From the NCBI GenBank assembly GCA_965217865.1, contig CBDCJO010000002.1, positions 3,456,001-3,520,000 of the forward strand: 64,000 nucleotides of DNA, written 5' to 3'. The position numbers and the translations under genes were made by a program. This document shows positions 20,660 through 32,042 of the stretch, piece by piece. Positions within the stretch are counted from its first letter, which is position 1; each line of letters starts with the position of its first letter. The notes beneath the pieces are model-generated. The model saw only the letters and a program-made list of their open reading frames with translations. It did no database searches and had not been told where the DNA came from. This DNA is from Candidatus Latescibacterota bacterium. GTDB taxonomy: Bacteria; Latescibacterota; UBA2968; SICM01.

Positions 20660-22212
20660 GACACACTTCCGTCTGGCCGATGCGGTGAATCCGGCCGAAC
20701 CGTTGCTCCAATCTGTTGGGATTCCAGGGCAGATCGTAGTTCACCATCAGGTGGGCGCGCTGGAGGTTGATGCCTTCGCCGGCCGCATCCGTGGCGAGCA
20801 GCACCTGCACGTGCGGGTCGTGGCGGAAGGCTTCCTGGGCCTTGAGCCGGTCCTCGCGGCCCATGCCGCCGTGAATCCGAACAACCGACTCCTCACGTCC
20901 CAGCAAGGTCCGGATGCGCCTGTCGAGGTAACGCAGCGTATCCCGGTGCTCGGTGAAAATGACCAGCTTTTGCTTCGGAGACGGGGCCGGCCGGGGAATC
21001 TTGCCGGCACCGGGAACGTCCACCTCCGTGATTTGTCCGGCGAGCCCACCTGCTGTGAAGATTTCACCGAGCAGGCTGGCCAGCTCTCGCCATTTGGTAT
21101 CCGTGCCGCTTCGCCGCAGTTCAAGCGCAAGACCTTCCAGATTCTTGAGCGTCTCAATCTCAGCCCTCAGCTCGGCGATTGATCGCGCCGCCGTCGCCCG
21201 GTCGAGAATGTCCTCCTCGGCCGCCTCGACTTCATTTTCGGGGGCCTCGTCCAGATCCTCGACATCCTCCGGGTCGAGCTCCGATCCCACGGCGGCAAAT
21301 GCGATGGTGGCCTGCCCAACCCGCTGCAGCACCTCGAGCTCACGCAGCCGGCTCTCCAGACGCTCACGGCGGCGGCGCAACGACTGATAGATGGCCTCAG
21401 GCGAAGAGGCGAGCCGGCGCTGCAGAATCGTCAGGGCAAAGCCGATGGCGCCGGCCCGCTGGTCGTTCTCCAGCGCCTCCGCACGGCTGAATTCCTCGCG
21501 CACGTAGTCGGTGACAACCTTGTAGAGGCGGGCTTCCGCCTCCGAGAGGGTGTAGGGAACCGTGTGGGCAATGCGCTCAGGAAATAGCTGCGTGCCGTCG
21601 AACTTGAGCAGATTCTCTTTCACCATACGCCGCATCAGGTCCGAGACGTCGGCGGCATGCACGCCATCGCGAAAGCGCCCCTCGAACCGGTCCCCGTCGA
21701 TGAGGGCCATAAAGAGCTGAAAGTCTTCCTCTTTTCCGTTATGCGGCGTGGCCGTCATCAACAGGAAATGGCGGGTGAGACTCGACAGCAGTTGCCCCAG
21801 CCGGTAGCGCTTCGTGTACTTGACTTCACCACCGAATAACGTCGCCGACATCTTATGCGCCTCGTCGCACACGACGAGGTCCCAGCGGCAATCCGGAACC
21901 TGCAGCTTCTGCTGAACGTCTTCGTTGCGAGAGAGCTTATCCAGCCGGGCAATAACGAGATTGGATTCCAGGAACCAGTTCCCTGTGCGCGCGGCTTCGA
22001 GATTGTCGTTTGTCAGGATGTCGAAGGGCAGCTGGAACCGGCGGTAAAGCTCATCCTGCCATTGCTCTGCGAGACTGCCGGGACAGACGACCAGACACCG
22101 CTGCAGATCCCCGCGAGCGATCAACTCCTTGATGAGCAACCCCGCCATGATCGTCTTGCTGGCGCCCGGGTCATCGGCGAGAAGAAAGCGAAGGGGTTGA
22201 CGGGACAGCATG
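20660..22212 (-). pseudogene. SNF2-family helicase fragment (defence-associated type), truncated at both ends
   Basis: RFLLADDPGASKT (G>S in Walker A), DEAH, TATPH, EGINLQ, WNPNRLEQRFGRIHRIGQ. Confidence 0.85.
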
Positions 22213-23831
22213 GGCCGCTTCAGATACCTATTGGAGTTGATGGTCGACTTTTCATAGTAGGTGCCAACGGCTCCGGAAAGTCGGCACTGATTCAGCATTT
22301 TGTTTCGACGAAACAAAACAAAAAAGCCAGACGTATTTCTGCTCATAGACAGACATGGTTTAGTTCCGGAAGCATTGACCTTACTCCGCAGGATCGTAGA
22401 CGGTTTGATCAACAATTCATGCTTAATGAACCGCACTTTGAATCGCGGTGGAAGGATGACCTAGCCAAGCAAAAGCAGTCGGCTGTCCTTTTCGACTTGG
22501 TTGCCAAGGAAAACGACAGAGCTCGGTCCATCGCTCGCTATATCGACGGTCAGGATTCACAAAGGGCCGTCGAATTTGCCTCAGAATCAGAGTCGCCCTT
22601 TGATCAGCTCAACGAACTACTTGCGCTCGGGACTCTGGTTGTTTCTCTCCAGAATTCCAAAGATGAAGAGATTCTTGCGTGGCACAAAAACGACGGCACG
22701 AGTTTCAGTATTGCGCAAATGTCGGATGGGGAGCGGAACGCCGCCATCATCGCGGCTACCGTGCTCACGGTTGAACCGGAAACCGTCTTGCTTATCGACG
22801 AACCGGAGCGCCACCTCCACCGATCCATCATTGAGCCGTTTCTGTCGGCACTGTTCGATCGACGCCAGGATTGTGCGTTTATCGTATCGACACACGAGAT
22901 CGCCTTGCCGGTTGCCAACCCGAAGGCGCGCGTCCTCATGGTCCGATCGTGTGAATGGGATGGTGACACCGCCAAAGCATGGGATATTGAAATCCTCGAA
23001 GAGAACGCGAAGCTGCCCGAGGAACTCAGGCGAGACATCCTAGGGGCCAGACAAAGAATCCTTTTCGTGGAAGGTACGACCAACAGTCTGGATACACCGC
23101 TCTATGATGCTTTATTTCCGGGTCTTTCGGTGATCCCGAAGGGAAGTTGTATCGATGTGCAGAGAGCAGTGAGCGGCCTGAGGGGGTCTCAGGAACTCCA
23201 TCATGTCGAGGCATTTGGCCTCATAGATAGAGATGATCGGCCCGATGAGGAAATCGACCAGCTTGCTGAGGACAGAGTCTTCGCCCTGGACGTATGCTCG
23301 GCAGAAGCTCTCTACTATTGTTCGGACGCCATTGCGGCCGTCGCACGCAGACAGGCAGAGTCCTTGGGGTGCAACGCCGACGAATTGATCAGGTCGGCGA
23401 CCCGGAAAGCACTAGATGTACTGATCCAGAACGGTCTCGCCAAGCAGATGGCCGCACGGCGGGGCGAACGCCGACTGCGCACCGCGATCTTATCGACAGT
23501 TCCAGGCTGGGAGGAGATCATGGCTACTGCAAGTCCGAAAATCTCCGCCTGCGTCGTGTCTCCTTACCTCAATGAATTGACCGAATTCAAAAAACTCGTT
23601 GCTGACGGAAAACTGGACGATCTTGTCGCTCGCTATCCACTCCGCAAAAGCAATACGTTAGACATCATTGCGAAAGCCCTTAAATGCCAAAATAGAAGGG
23701 ACTATGAGCAAATGGTTGTCTCCCGTATTCGCAAAGATGGCGACTTGGCCCAAAAACTCAAGGAACGTATCGCCGCCCTTTCATGTGCACTCGACGCTGA
23801 AACCATGGTGTCGAAGAATTCTGGATCGTAG
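22213..23831 (+). pseudogene. ABC/AAA ATPase with TOPRIM/DUF4435-like C-terminus, native start lost
   Basis: GANGSGKS, MSDGER, IDEPERHLH, STH, FVEG, IDRD; 5' end abuts the helicase fragment. Confidence 0.78.
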
Positions 23832-23996
23832 CGCCGCCTCAGGAAACGCCTGACTCGGTGGATGAGCGCGACGCAATAAACGTATTCATCAACCATCTGG
23901 GGCACCATAAAGGTTACCCGAACTTGAGGGTGGACCGATGACCAGAAGACGAAAATCACCAGAGCCCAGAAATTGACGCAATTGCCGGACCCTTCG

Positions 23997-24380
23997 GAGC
24001 TCTCGTCAAGAGGTGTGTAAAAAGGTCAGGCGGCCAGCTTCTTCCCCGAGTCGATAGTGATCTTGTTTTTGCGGTGGTGCTGTGCGTAGACATCCTTTAG
24101 CAGATGGGGTGCGTTGAGTCGTCGGAAGCGTTTTTCAGCGACCATCAGCGTGCGCCAGATCAGAGCGCTTGCCGCAACGATCTTTTTGTATCGCTTGGCC
24201 GCGTTGGTTCTCAGGCGGACGGAGGCAAAGGGGCTTTCGACGACATTGGTGGTTCTCAGGTGTCTCCAGTGTTTTGTCGGAAAGTCGAAGAAGGTGAGCA
24301 TTCGATCCCAGTCTCGATCAAGGGCTTTAACTGCCTTCGGGAACTGGCTTTGGTATCGTGCGATGAACTGCTTGCGGAGT
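23997..24380 (-). mobile_element. IS256-family transposase 3' fragment with its terminal repeat
   Basis: LTFFDFP..HWRHLRTTNVVESPFASVRLRT; GAG-type end at 23997. Confidence 0.82.
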
Positions 24381-24395
24381 TAATATCGCCAGACT

Positions 24396-24503
24396 GGTTC
24401 CCCCGCACACGCGGGGTATAGACCCAGGTCCGCCTCCTGTTGCAGAAGCTCGGTCTCGGTTCCCCCGCACACGCGGGGATAGACCATGGCTGTCCCCGCA
24501 CGC
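24396..24503 (+). CRISPR. Orphan type I-E-like mini array: 2 repeats, 1 spacer (33 nt) and a partial third repeat
   Basis: GGTTCCCCCGCACACGCGGGG(T)ATAGACC at 24396-24424 and 24458-24485; TCCCCGCACGC at 24493; no cas genes in window. Confidence 0.8.
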
Positions 24504-24559
24504 AAGACGCAATTCGGAATTATCGTGAATAGGTGATTTCGATAAAACTACCGCTTGGT

Positions 24560-25363
24560 ATGCAAGAATTCATCCGCTTTATGAATCAGGGTTGGGTTGG
24601 AACGATTATTGGAACGGCAAGCCTGGCGCTGGCACTGTTTTTGTACTGGCGTTCTCGGATTTCCGGAATCATTGCCTGTCAATCTCGCGATGTGCCAATG
24701 ATTGGCAGCAGCGATGCAGTATTTCCAGCCGGAGTCGAGGTTCGGTATCGGGAAACTCTGGTTCCAAGGCTCATTTCTAGCACTGTCTGGATTTGGAACG
24801 CAGGCAAGAAGACTGTAAGAGGAACGGACATTGCAAAGCACGACCCGTTGGGGTTTTGCTTTAGCGGTGAAGTCCTCAATGTCAGAATCAGAAAGATGAG
24901 CCGAGAAGCCGTTCGGATTACAGCGGATACCTCAGGAGAGAAAACGATCCGCTGCGAGTTTGAGTTCTTAGACCCAGGCGATGGCTGCGTATTGGAAGTG
25001 CTCCATACCGGCCCCAATGAAGCCCCGGAATGTACTGGAACCATCATTGGCCTTCCAGCGGGACCTCAGTATTGGGGGCACGCTTGGGGCTCTTCAGCTT
25101 CTTCCAGGCGGGAAAGAAGAGTTAATCGGTTTCTGTTTACCGTGCTGGTAATTGTTGGACTAGGAATGAGTGTATACGGAATCCTAGGAGAGCAGTACAT
25201 CGAAGAAGCTCTTCCCTTTCTCGCCGAACCACCAGAACTGCAAGCGCCCTCCTGGCTTAGTCGGGGATTTCTTGTACTGTTCGGGCCATTGGTATCTTTA
25301 TTTTCAGCGGTTGGTGTGAGGAACCTAGGACGTCGGTCCCCTTCATCGCTGGACGTGGACTGA
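24560..25363 (+). CDS. Hypothetical membrane protein (N-terminal TM, soluble domain, two C-terminal TMs)
   Basis: Intact ORF with three hydrophobic segments. Confidence 0.65.
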   Translation: MQEFIRFMNQGWVGTIIGTASLALALFLYWRSRISGIIACQSRDVPMIGSSDAVFPAGVEVRYRETLVPRLISSTVWIWNAGKKTVRGTDIAKHDPLGFCFSGEVLNVRIRKMSREAVRITADTSGEKTIRCEFEFLDPGDGCVLEVLHTGPNEAPECTGTIIGLPAGPQYWGHAWGSSASSRRERRVNRFLFTVLVIVGLGMSVYGILGEQYIEEALPFLAEPPELQAPSWLSRGFLVLFGPLVSLFSAVGVRNLGRRSPSSLDVD

Positions 25364-25398
25364 ACTGGGGGCCAAAGAGGCTCACGCGCTCATCTCGC

Positions 25399-26298
25399 AT
25401 GCTTCTTACATCGATCATCGCATCCACCGTCGGTGGAATTCTGGTGCTCTGTTCCATCTCCGGCGTGGCGGCCCAGAGCGGGGCCGAGGGGCCGCCGCGC
25501 TCCGGATGGTACGTCGGCGGGGGCATCGGATCGAATTGGGCGTCCGACTTGGACCAGGAGGGCTGGAATCGGGACCCGCTCTGCTATCCGACGGACCTTT
25601 GTTTCGATGCGCTCCCCTTTCCCGCAATCTCCGGATACCGGTGGCGTTACGATATCGACGCTGGAGCCGGAGCCGTGTTCGAGATCTCGGCCGGCCTCAT
25701 CGTCGATCGCGCACGTATGGAGCTATCGTTCGCGCAGCGGAAGAACGGCCTCGACCAGATGTTCCGCAGCATCACCGATTACGATGGGACATCCATGGTG
25801 CAGGAACGGCCCGGAGGTTCGGTCGTATCCAATGCCCGGGCCTCGATCGACCATCTCACCGTGCGCACCCTTTCGCTCAATGCGTACTACGCTTTTCCGG
25901 GTGCGTACCGCGGGATTTCTCCATACCTGGGTGGTGGGCTGGGTCCCGCATTCGTCGAGGTGTCCGGGGTGCGGTTTTCCACCGGTTACGAGGACACATC
26001 GGGTAATGCTCAAGCTTACAATCCTCCCCTGTCGTTCTACAACAGCCGCCAGGACGCTGACCTGTCCGACACGGTCTTGGCCGGGCACCTGCACGTCGGC
26101 GCCGACTACAACCTGAACGACAAGGTGTCGTTGGGACTGAAACTGACCTGCTCGATGATGGGCGACATCGAAGACAGCAGCGGATATTCGCTTCACCCGC
26201 TTCACGAGCGGGACCCGGACTTCCCCAACCACAATACGTTCACCGGTTCGCGTTACTGGACACTGACGTTTACAGTCAAACGCCTGTCCGGCAACTGA
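25399..26298 (+). CDS. Outer-membrane beta-barrel protein (opacity/P44-like)
   Basis: Signal peptide, GWYVGGGIG, SPYLGGGLG, VGADY. Confidence 0.72.
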   Translation: MLLTSIIASTVGGILVLCSISGVAAQSGAEGPPRSGWYVGGGIGSNWASDLDQEGWNRDPLCYPTDLCFDALPFPAISGYRWRYDIDAGAGAVFEISAGLIVDRARMELSFAQRKNGLDQMFRSITDYDGTSMVQERPGGSVVSNARASIDHLTVRTLSLNAYYAFPGAYRGISPYLGGGLGPAFVEVSGVRFSTGYEDTSGNAQAYNPPLSFYNSRQDADLSDTVLAGHLHVGADYNLNDKVSLGLKLTCSMMGDIEDSSGYSLHPLHERDPDFPNHNTFTGSRYWTLTFTVKRLSGN

Positions 26299-26316
26299 AC
26301 GGGTCCATCTGATCGA

Positions 26317-26415
26317 GCCGTTCCCGGGCTGGAACGTGAAGGACACTTCCAGGGGTCCGGGTCCGGCCCGGGTTGCATCGGATGCGCGACCGCTCATCGC
26401 ATGACCTCCTGTCCG
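26317..26415 (-). repeat. ~99-bp inverted copy of 31200-31298
   Basis: Both encode MSGR(A/P)SDATRAGPGPLEVSFTFQPGNG with RBS; few mismatches. Confidence 0.9.
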
Positions 26416-26562
26416 GGCCTCGAGGGCCTGCGGGTCGGTAACGCCTCACCAGGGAGGTGTTGTTTCTTGTGAATCGACCCGGCAATGTGCCCAGCCACGC
26501 CCAGTCGATCTTTACATTCTCCTCCAAGTCGGCGCAGCAAGGCTTTATCACCCGCATCTGCA

Positions 26563-27318
26563 ATGCCCACGGCAAAGATAAAGAACCCGGGATACGAAAA
26601 TGTGTTTGTCGATTGTCCTCATTGTGATTGTGGGCAGGAACTCGTTCTAAATCGCGCGTCTGATCTTTGCACCTTTGAGCCGATATTCGGAAGATCCGTA
26701 TCGTGCGAGGAATGTAAACGACAATTCTGGATCAACAGCGACAGCATTAATGATAGACACGAAGCTCTCCTTTTTGACTGCCATGATCTCTTGAAGCGAA
26801 AGCAATATATGAATTGTGTTCTCAATGTATGCCAAGCATACGAGATGTTCTTCAGTTTGTATCTCCGAGTAAATTTACTCTACAGACCATTTGCAACCCA
26901 ATTCCGTGATATTCCGAATTCTATTGAGAAACTAAATCAATTGAGCGCTCGGCTGGAAAAAAAGACCAAGAGATTTGCTTTCGTTGATTTAAAGACCATA
27001 TGCTTACAGCATATAGTCGATTCCATTTCTCCCACGACTCTGGATGATGCCTGTAATGTGATAGAATCAATTTGCAAGCCAAAAATGCCAAGTGATGAGA
27101 ATATATCTTCTTTGCATCCAGAAAAACTTAAAAAACATCTGTTAGCGATAAAGAAAACAAAAGTCAACGTTGTGAGAAATAGTGTTGTGCACAAATCAGG
27201 CTATCGACCGACGCGCGAGAAGGCCAAGTTGGTACTTGAGGAAGCGAGATCAGTACTATTCCCGTTAACGTCGATTCTCGATCTTCATGACGATATAAAT
27301 TGGTACACGATGCGCTGA
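26563..27318 (+). CDS. Low-GC hypothetical protein with N-terminal Zn-ribbon
   Basis: CPHCDC and CEEC motifs; RNSVVH (RxxxxH, HEPN-like) near the C-terminus. Confidence 0.6.
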   Translation: MPTAKIKNPGYENVFVDCPHCDCGQELVLNRASDLCTFEPIFGRSVSCEECKRQFWINSDSINDRHEALLFDCHDLLKRKQYMNCVLNVCQAYEMFFSLYLRVNLLYRPFATQFRDIPNSIEKLNQLSARLEKKTKRFAFVDLKTICLQHIVDSISPTTLDDACNVIESICKPKMPSDENISSLHPEKLKKHLLAIKKTKVNVVRNSVVHKSGYRPTREKAKLVLEEARSVLFPLTSILDLHDDINWYTMR

Positions 27319-27342
27319 ACGCAAACTGCTCCTACGGCGGAA

Positions 27343-27600
27343 ATCATCGTAGTTGAAGAGCATCCGCAATGATGCTGCCGACCTTCTCCGCCGCTTCGAC
27401 GAGGTGCGCATCGGCGAGATGCGCGTATCCCGCCGTGGTTCGGTGTCGCCGGTGTCCGAGCAATTTCCCGACCAAGGGCAAATTCTCGCCGGACATGACG
27501 GCCTGACTGGCCGCCGTATGGCGCAGGTCATGCAGGCGTAGCCGACCGAGTTTCGCGTCGGCGCAAACCGCCCGCCAGCAAGCTCCATACCGTCGGGCGC
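27343..27600 (-). pseudogene. Tyrosine integrase C-terminal fragment
   Basis: Minus strand reads LRLHDLRHTAASQAVMSGENLPLVGKLLGHRRHRTTAGYAHL. Confidence 0.88.
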
Positions 27601-27780
27601 TTGGTACAACGGAGGGTAGGTCCCAGCGTCGATAGCTTTTGCTTTCGGGTTGTTAGAACGACCGCTCACAGCACCAACGCAATTGTTTGGGGATTTTCTG
27701 ATCTTTGCCGGCGACTTCGGCAAGGACGTGTCATAACTTGCGCTTCCCGGTGATTGGATACATCTAAAATTGTTCACTGT

Positions 27781-28150
27781 ATGGGATACTTGAGACCTGT
27801 GTATGTTACACGCATGAATCCATACCGCTTCGAAGTCTTGGCGATGTGGTCGCGAGCGGTTCCACAGTGTGCTCCGACAGCGGAATGCTCAGTATGGGAG
27901 ACGGATGACGAACGCCTCCTCGGCGTGGTGATCATGGACCTGACGGATCGGGACTACAATTTCGTCATTCTGGCCCGGGACAAGCATGGCCGCTTTCGTG
28001 CTGTGGATGTCGGTAAAACGTACTTCACACGGCGGATGGCGGAGGTTGCTCTGATTAAGCGCATGCCCGAGGTGCATGCCAAAGAAGATACAGCGTTCGA
28101 ACAAGGAGACGAGACCGAAAAGCACCTCGATTTCTTTACGCCACTGTCTA
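27781..28150 (+). pseudogene. Truncated hypothetical gene (5' part)
   Basis: Coherent reading to about DFFTP, then collides with an opposite-strand fragment. Confidence 0.45.
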
Positions 28151-28164
28151 ATGATCGGCTCAGA

Positions 28165-28373
28165 GGGTCACTCCACTCGACCACCGCTCCCCGGTCAAAC
28201 AATGCCTGAACGAAACGGGTTGCCCGGTTGCGCCGGGAATCAAAATAGAAACAGAACTGCGCCCGCGTGAAGACGCCGCTGTGGAGACAAACGAGCGCGA
28301 TCCATTCCGCCTCCCGGCCAGTCCAGCCGAGCGATTCCAGTGCTTGTTCCCAGCCCCGTAAGTGCTCAATCAT
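28165..28373 (-). pseudogene. Truncated conserved hypothetical gene of mobile-element type
   Basis: GWTGREAEWIALVCLHSGVFTRAQF with RBS; ends abruptly. Confidence 0.5.
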
Positions 28374-29260
28374 GGCTCACCTGTCCGGACAGCGGAAGCG
28401 GCCATGCGCCCGGAGTCCGAAACCGTAGCCGGCGCAGCCCCCAGTCCCAGCCCGAGCGACGCCTTCTCCGGCGATTTTAGCAAGGCTTATCAAAGGCGCG
28501 CACGGTTCCCCCAAGGCGTTCGGGGAGATCCGGAAGGCCCGGTTCGTGGCCGCCTCTACGAGGGCTCTCCAGCATGGAATCCATACCTGGCGACCATGTT
28601 CAGGGACGAACGGCCGGGGAAACGATAGGAGGGGAACGCCATGCCGCAGAACCCAACGCTGGAGGAGTGGCGTCTGCTGACGTTGCGCCCGCTTGACCGG
28701 TTTCCGGCGTTTCGGTGTCACTCGTTCGGGTCTCCGTGACTCGTTCGCAAGGACAGTAGACGTTAATAAGCCTGATCCGGTTCCGGAAAGGTCGGCTTGG
28801 TAGGGATATGTGAAGGTCTACGATCCCGCGTTCGAACTCGCAGAACGGGAAGCCGATGAAATGGACGATATCCGTTTCGTCCAGATCAACCACCTGCACC
28901 CCAACAACAAGCTCTACCTTTCCGAATATCGGATCAAACGTTTCGACGACCTGCCCGGTTGCATCCAGGCGGCCGGTTTCGACGTTTCGGAAGGTCCTCC
29001 GGCAAGTATCCCCTTGGAGCCTGACCCCCTTCCTGACTCGCTCGACGAGACTCTCCCGGCCCTCGCCTTGCTCCTGGCGCAGGGCTCCCCGCGTTTCCGG
29101 AACGGCGCCGTCTCCCCTGATTCCGGGAGCACCGAATAACGAGTAGCCGTCCGAAGAATCCGGGACATTTGGGCAGAAACGACTTGACATGCCGGCCACA
29201 CAAGTCGTTCATAGTGAGAAGGTTAACGGCTTGATATCCCCAAGGGAAGGGAGGATTCGG

Positions 29261-29797
29261 ATGGAAGCCAGCACGGTTCAGCAGATCCAGGGACTCTCCC
29301 GGATGACGGTGGGTGAACTGCGGGAGAAGTACCTCGAGGTCTTCGGGGAGGAGACCCGCTCGTATCACAAGGCGTTCCTGTGCAAGCGGATCGCCTGGCG
29401 GCTTCAGGCTCTGGCCGAGGGTGACCTCTCGGAGCGGGCCCGGCGGCGCGCCGGGGAACTGGCCAACGATGCGGATCTGAGACTGCGCGCCCCCCGGGAC
29501 CGGAGCAGGCCGGGCTCGGCGGCGGAGCAGGCGCGGACGGCTGGTCGCCTGTCGACCTCACGGGACCGGCGGCTGCCCCTGCCGGGGACGCTGCTGGTGC
29601 GCGCCTTCCAGGGCCGCGACCTGGTGGTGCAGGTGCTCGATGACGGCTTCGCGTTCGAGGGACGCCGCTACCGGTCTCTCTCCGCCATCGCCCGGCAGGT
29701 CACCGGCAGCCAATGGAACGGCTTTGCCTTCTTCGGGCTTACCCGGGGAAAAAAGAGGCGGAACCACAACCGTGGATCCGGAAAGGGAAACGCATGA
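29261..29797 (+). CDS. DUF2924 domain protein
   Basis: KRIAWRLQALAEGDLS, PGTLLVR, Y.SLSAIAR.VTG.QWNGFAFFGL; strong RBS. Confidence 0.88.
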   Translation: MEASTVQQIQGLSRMTVGELREKYLEVFGEETRSYHKAFLCKRIAWRLQALAEGDLSERARRRAGELANDADLRLRAPRDRSRPGSAAEQARTAGRLSTSRDRRLPLPGTLLVRAFQGRDLVVQVLDDGFAFEGRRYRSLSAIARQVTGSQWNGFAFFGLTRGKKRRNHNRGSGKGNA

Positions 29798-31221
29798 GCG
29801 GAAACGCTCCTCAGGCCATCCCGGCATCGTCCTCCAATGGAACCGGGACCCTTCGCTGCGCCATCTACACGCGCAAGTCCACCGGTGAGGGACTCGAGCA
29901 GACCTTCAACAGCCTGGACGCCCAACGGGAATCGGCCGAGGCCTGCACCGCCAGCCAACGGCAGGAGGGCTGGGTCTGCCTTGCCGGACGCTACGACGAC
30001 GGCGGCTTCACCGGCGGGAACATGGAGCGGCCCGCACTCGAACGGCTCCTGACCGGCGTCGAGGCCGGCGCGATCGACTGCGTGGTGGTCTACAAGGTGG
30101 ACCGGCTGAGCCGGTCGCTGCTGGACTTCGCCCGCATCATGGAGCGGTTCGACCGGCACGGGGTGAGCTTCGTCTCGGTCACACAGCAGTTCAACACGAC
30201 CAGCTCGATGGGGCGGCTCACCTTGAACATCCTGCTGTCGTTCGCCCAGTTCGAGCGGGAGATCATCTCCGAGCGCACCCGGGACAAAATGTCGGCGGCG
30301 CGGCGCAGGGGAAAGTGGGTCGGGGGTCTGCCGGTGCTGGGGTATGACGTGGCCCCTGGGGGTGGGCGGCTGATCGTCAACGCGGAGGAAGCGGCGCGGG
30401 TCCGGGCGATCTATCACCTCTACCTGGACCACAAGGCCTTGATCCCGGTCGTCCGGGAGATCGACCGCCGGGGATGGCGGACGAAACGCTGGACGACCAG
30501 GAAAGGCATCGAGCGAGGCGGCAACCCCTTCACGAAGAACAGCCTGCACCGGCTGCTGACCAACGTCATCTATGCGGGGAAGGTGAACTACAAAGGCTGC
30601 CTCTACGAGGGGGAACACGACGCCCTGGTTGACGCCGGCCTGTGGCAGCGGGTCCAGGACGCGCTCCGCACGAACGCCCGCACCGGAGGCAGGGAGGTGC
30701 GCAACAAATACGAAGCGTTGCTCAAGGGGTTGCTGTCCTGCACACCGTGCGGGACGGGCATGGCGCACGTCTGTACCGGCAGGAACGGAAAACGCTACCG
30801 TTATTACGTCTGCCGGAATGCCCGGCAGCGGGGCCGGTCGTCGTGTCCGGGCAGGTCCCTCAACGCCCACCAGATCGAAACCGCGGTGGTGGAGCACGTC
30901 CGCGGCATCGGGATGAACCAACAGGCCGTGGTGGCCACGGTGGCCAAAGCGCGGGAACAGCGGCTGACCGCTCTCCGGGAAGAGGCTCCCGCTCTTGAGC
31001 GGGAAGCCGTGGATGAAAGCGACCTGGCCCGGGCCCTGGAGATCTTCGACCCGGTCTGGGCGACGCTGGCCCCGCGGGAGCAGGCCCGGAGACTCCGGCT
31101 GCTCATCGAGCGGGTCGGCTACGACGGACGGCACGGCACGGTGACCGTCACCTTTCGCCCACCCGGCATCGAGGCGCTGTGCCGGAAGGCGGGTCTCGAC
31201 GGACAGGAGGTCATGCGATGA
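29794..31221 (+). CDS. Large serine recombinase, probably with a coiled-coil deletion
   Basis: CAIYTRKST, SLDAQRE, YKVDRLSRS, FAQFERE, Zn motif CTPCG...YYVC. Confidence 0.9.
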   Translation: MSGNAPQAIPASSSNGTGTLRCAIYTRKSTGEGLEQTFNSLDAQRESAEACTASQRQEGWVCLAGRYDDGGFTGGNMERPALERLLTGVEAGAIDCVVVYKVDRLSRSLLDFARIMERFDRHGVSFVSVTQQFNTTSSMGRLTLNILLSFAQFEREIISERTRDKMSAARRRGKWVGGLPVLGYDVAPGGGRLIVNAEEAARVRAIYHLYLDHKALIPVVREIDRRGWRTKRWTTRKGIERGGNPFTKNSLHRLLTNVIYAGKVNYKGCLYEGEHDALVDAGLWQRVQDALRTNARTGGREVRNKYEALLKGLLSCTPCGTGMAHVCTGRNGKRYRYYVCRNARQRGRSSCPGRSLNAHQIETAVVEHVRGIGMNQQAVVATVAKAREQRLTALREEAPALEREAVDESDLARALEIFDPVWATLAPREQARRLRLLIERVGYDGRHGTVTVTFRPPGIEALCRKAGLDGQEVMR

Positions 31222-31616
31222 GCGGTCGCCCATCCGATGCAACCCGGGCCGGACCCGGACCCCTGGAAGTATCCTTCACGTTCCAGCCCGGAAACGGCCG
31301 GTCCACGACCGATCAGCTAGCCGACCTGCAGGATCGAATCCGCAGCCCGGAACAACTCGTAACCGCCATTCGGGAGGAGGTTATTGCGCTGGAACGGGAG
31401 GCCGTCGGCGAAGGCGAATTGTCCCAGGCCCTGGCCCACTTCGATCCGGTCTGGGAGTCGCTGTCGCCCCGCGAGCAGTCGCGCATCATCCGGGTACTGG
31501 TTGAGCGGATCGGCTACGACGGGCGTGACGGCACGGTGACCGTGGCTTTTCGCTTCCTGGGCATCAAGGCCCTCTGCACCGAGGCGGCCGTCACCGGCGC
31601 GGAGGACACGGCATGA
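31218..31616 (+). pseudogene. Chimera: start of the small accessory gene fused to the C-terminus of a second recombinase copy
   Basis: FDPVWESLSPREQSRIIRVLVERIGYDG repeats the end of the preceding recombinase. Confidence 0.75.
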
Positions 31617-32042
31617 GAGACCTCGCATACGACGCCGCGACCACGAGGCCGAGTCCGCTGGAAGTCTCCTTCACCTTCCAGCCCGCCAACGACCGCAGCA
31701 ACGGCAAGCACCCGGACCCAAAGCGTCGAACCGGGGAACGTGCCGCGCATCTCGAGGCTCATGGCTCTGGCCATCCGTTTCGACGGTCTGGTCCGGCGCG
31801 GCGAAGTGCGGGACTACGCGGACCTGGCGCGCCTCGGCTACGTGACGCGGGCCCGGATCACGCAGATCATGAACCTGCTCAACCTCGCGCCCAACATTCA
31901 GGAGGCGTTGCTCTTCCTGCCTCACACACTAATGGGACGCGATCCCATCCGGGAGAAAGACGTCCGTCCCATCACTCGTGTCCCGCACTGGAGCCGCCAG
32001 CGCGCGATGTGGGCGCAACTCGTCGCCCGGCAGGAGAAGTAG
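31613..32042 (+). pseudogene. Recombinase-associated small HTH-like gene, frameshifted near 31700
   Basis: PLEVSFTF N-terminus and PRISRLMALA...YADLARLGYVTRARITQIMNLL in different frames. Confidence 0.65.

Noticed and set aside
21855-22436. Apparent long overlap of helicase and ATPase ORFs on opposite strands
   Set aside because: Each ORF merely extends into the antisense of the other past the 22212 junction.
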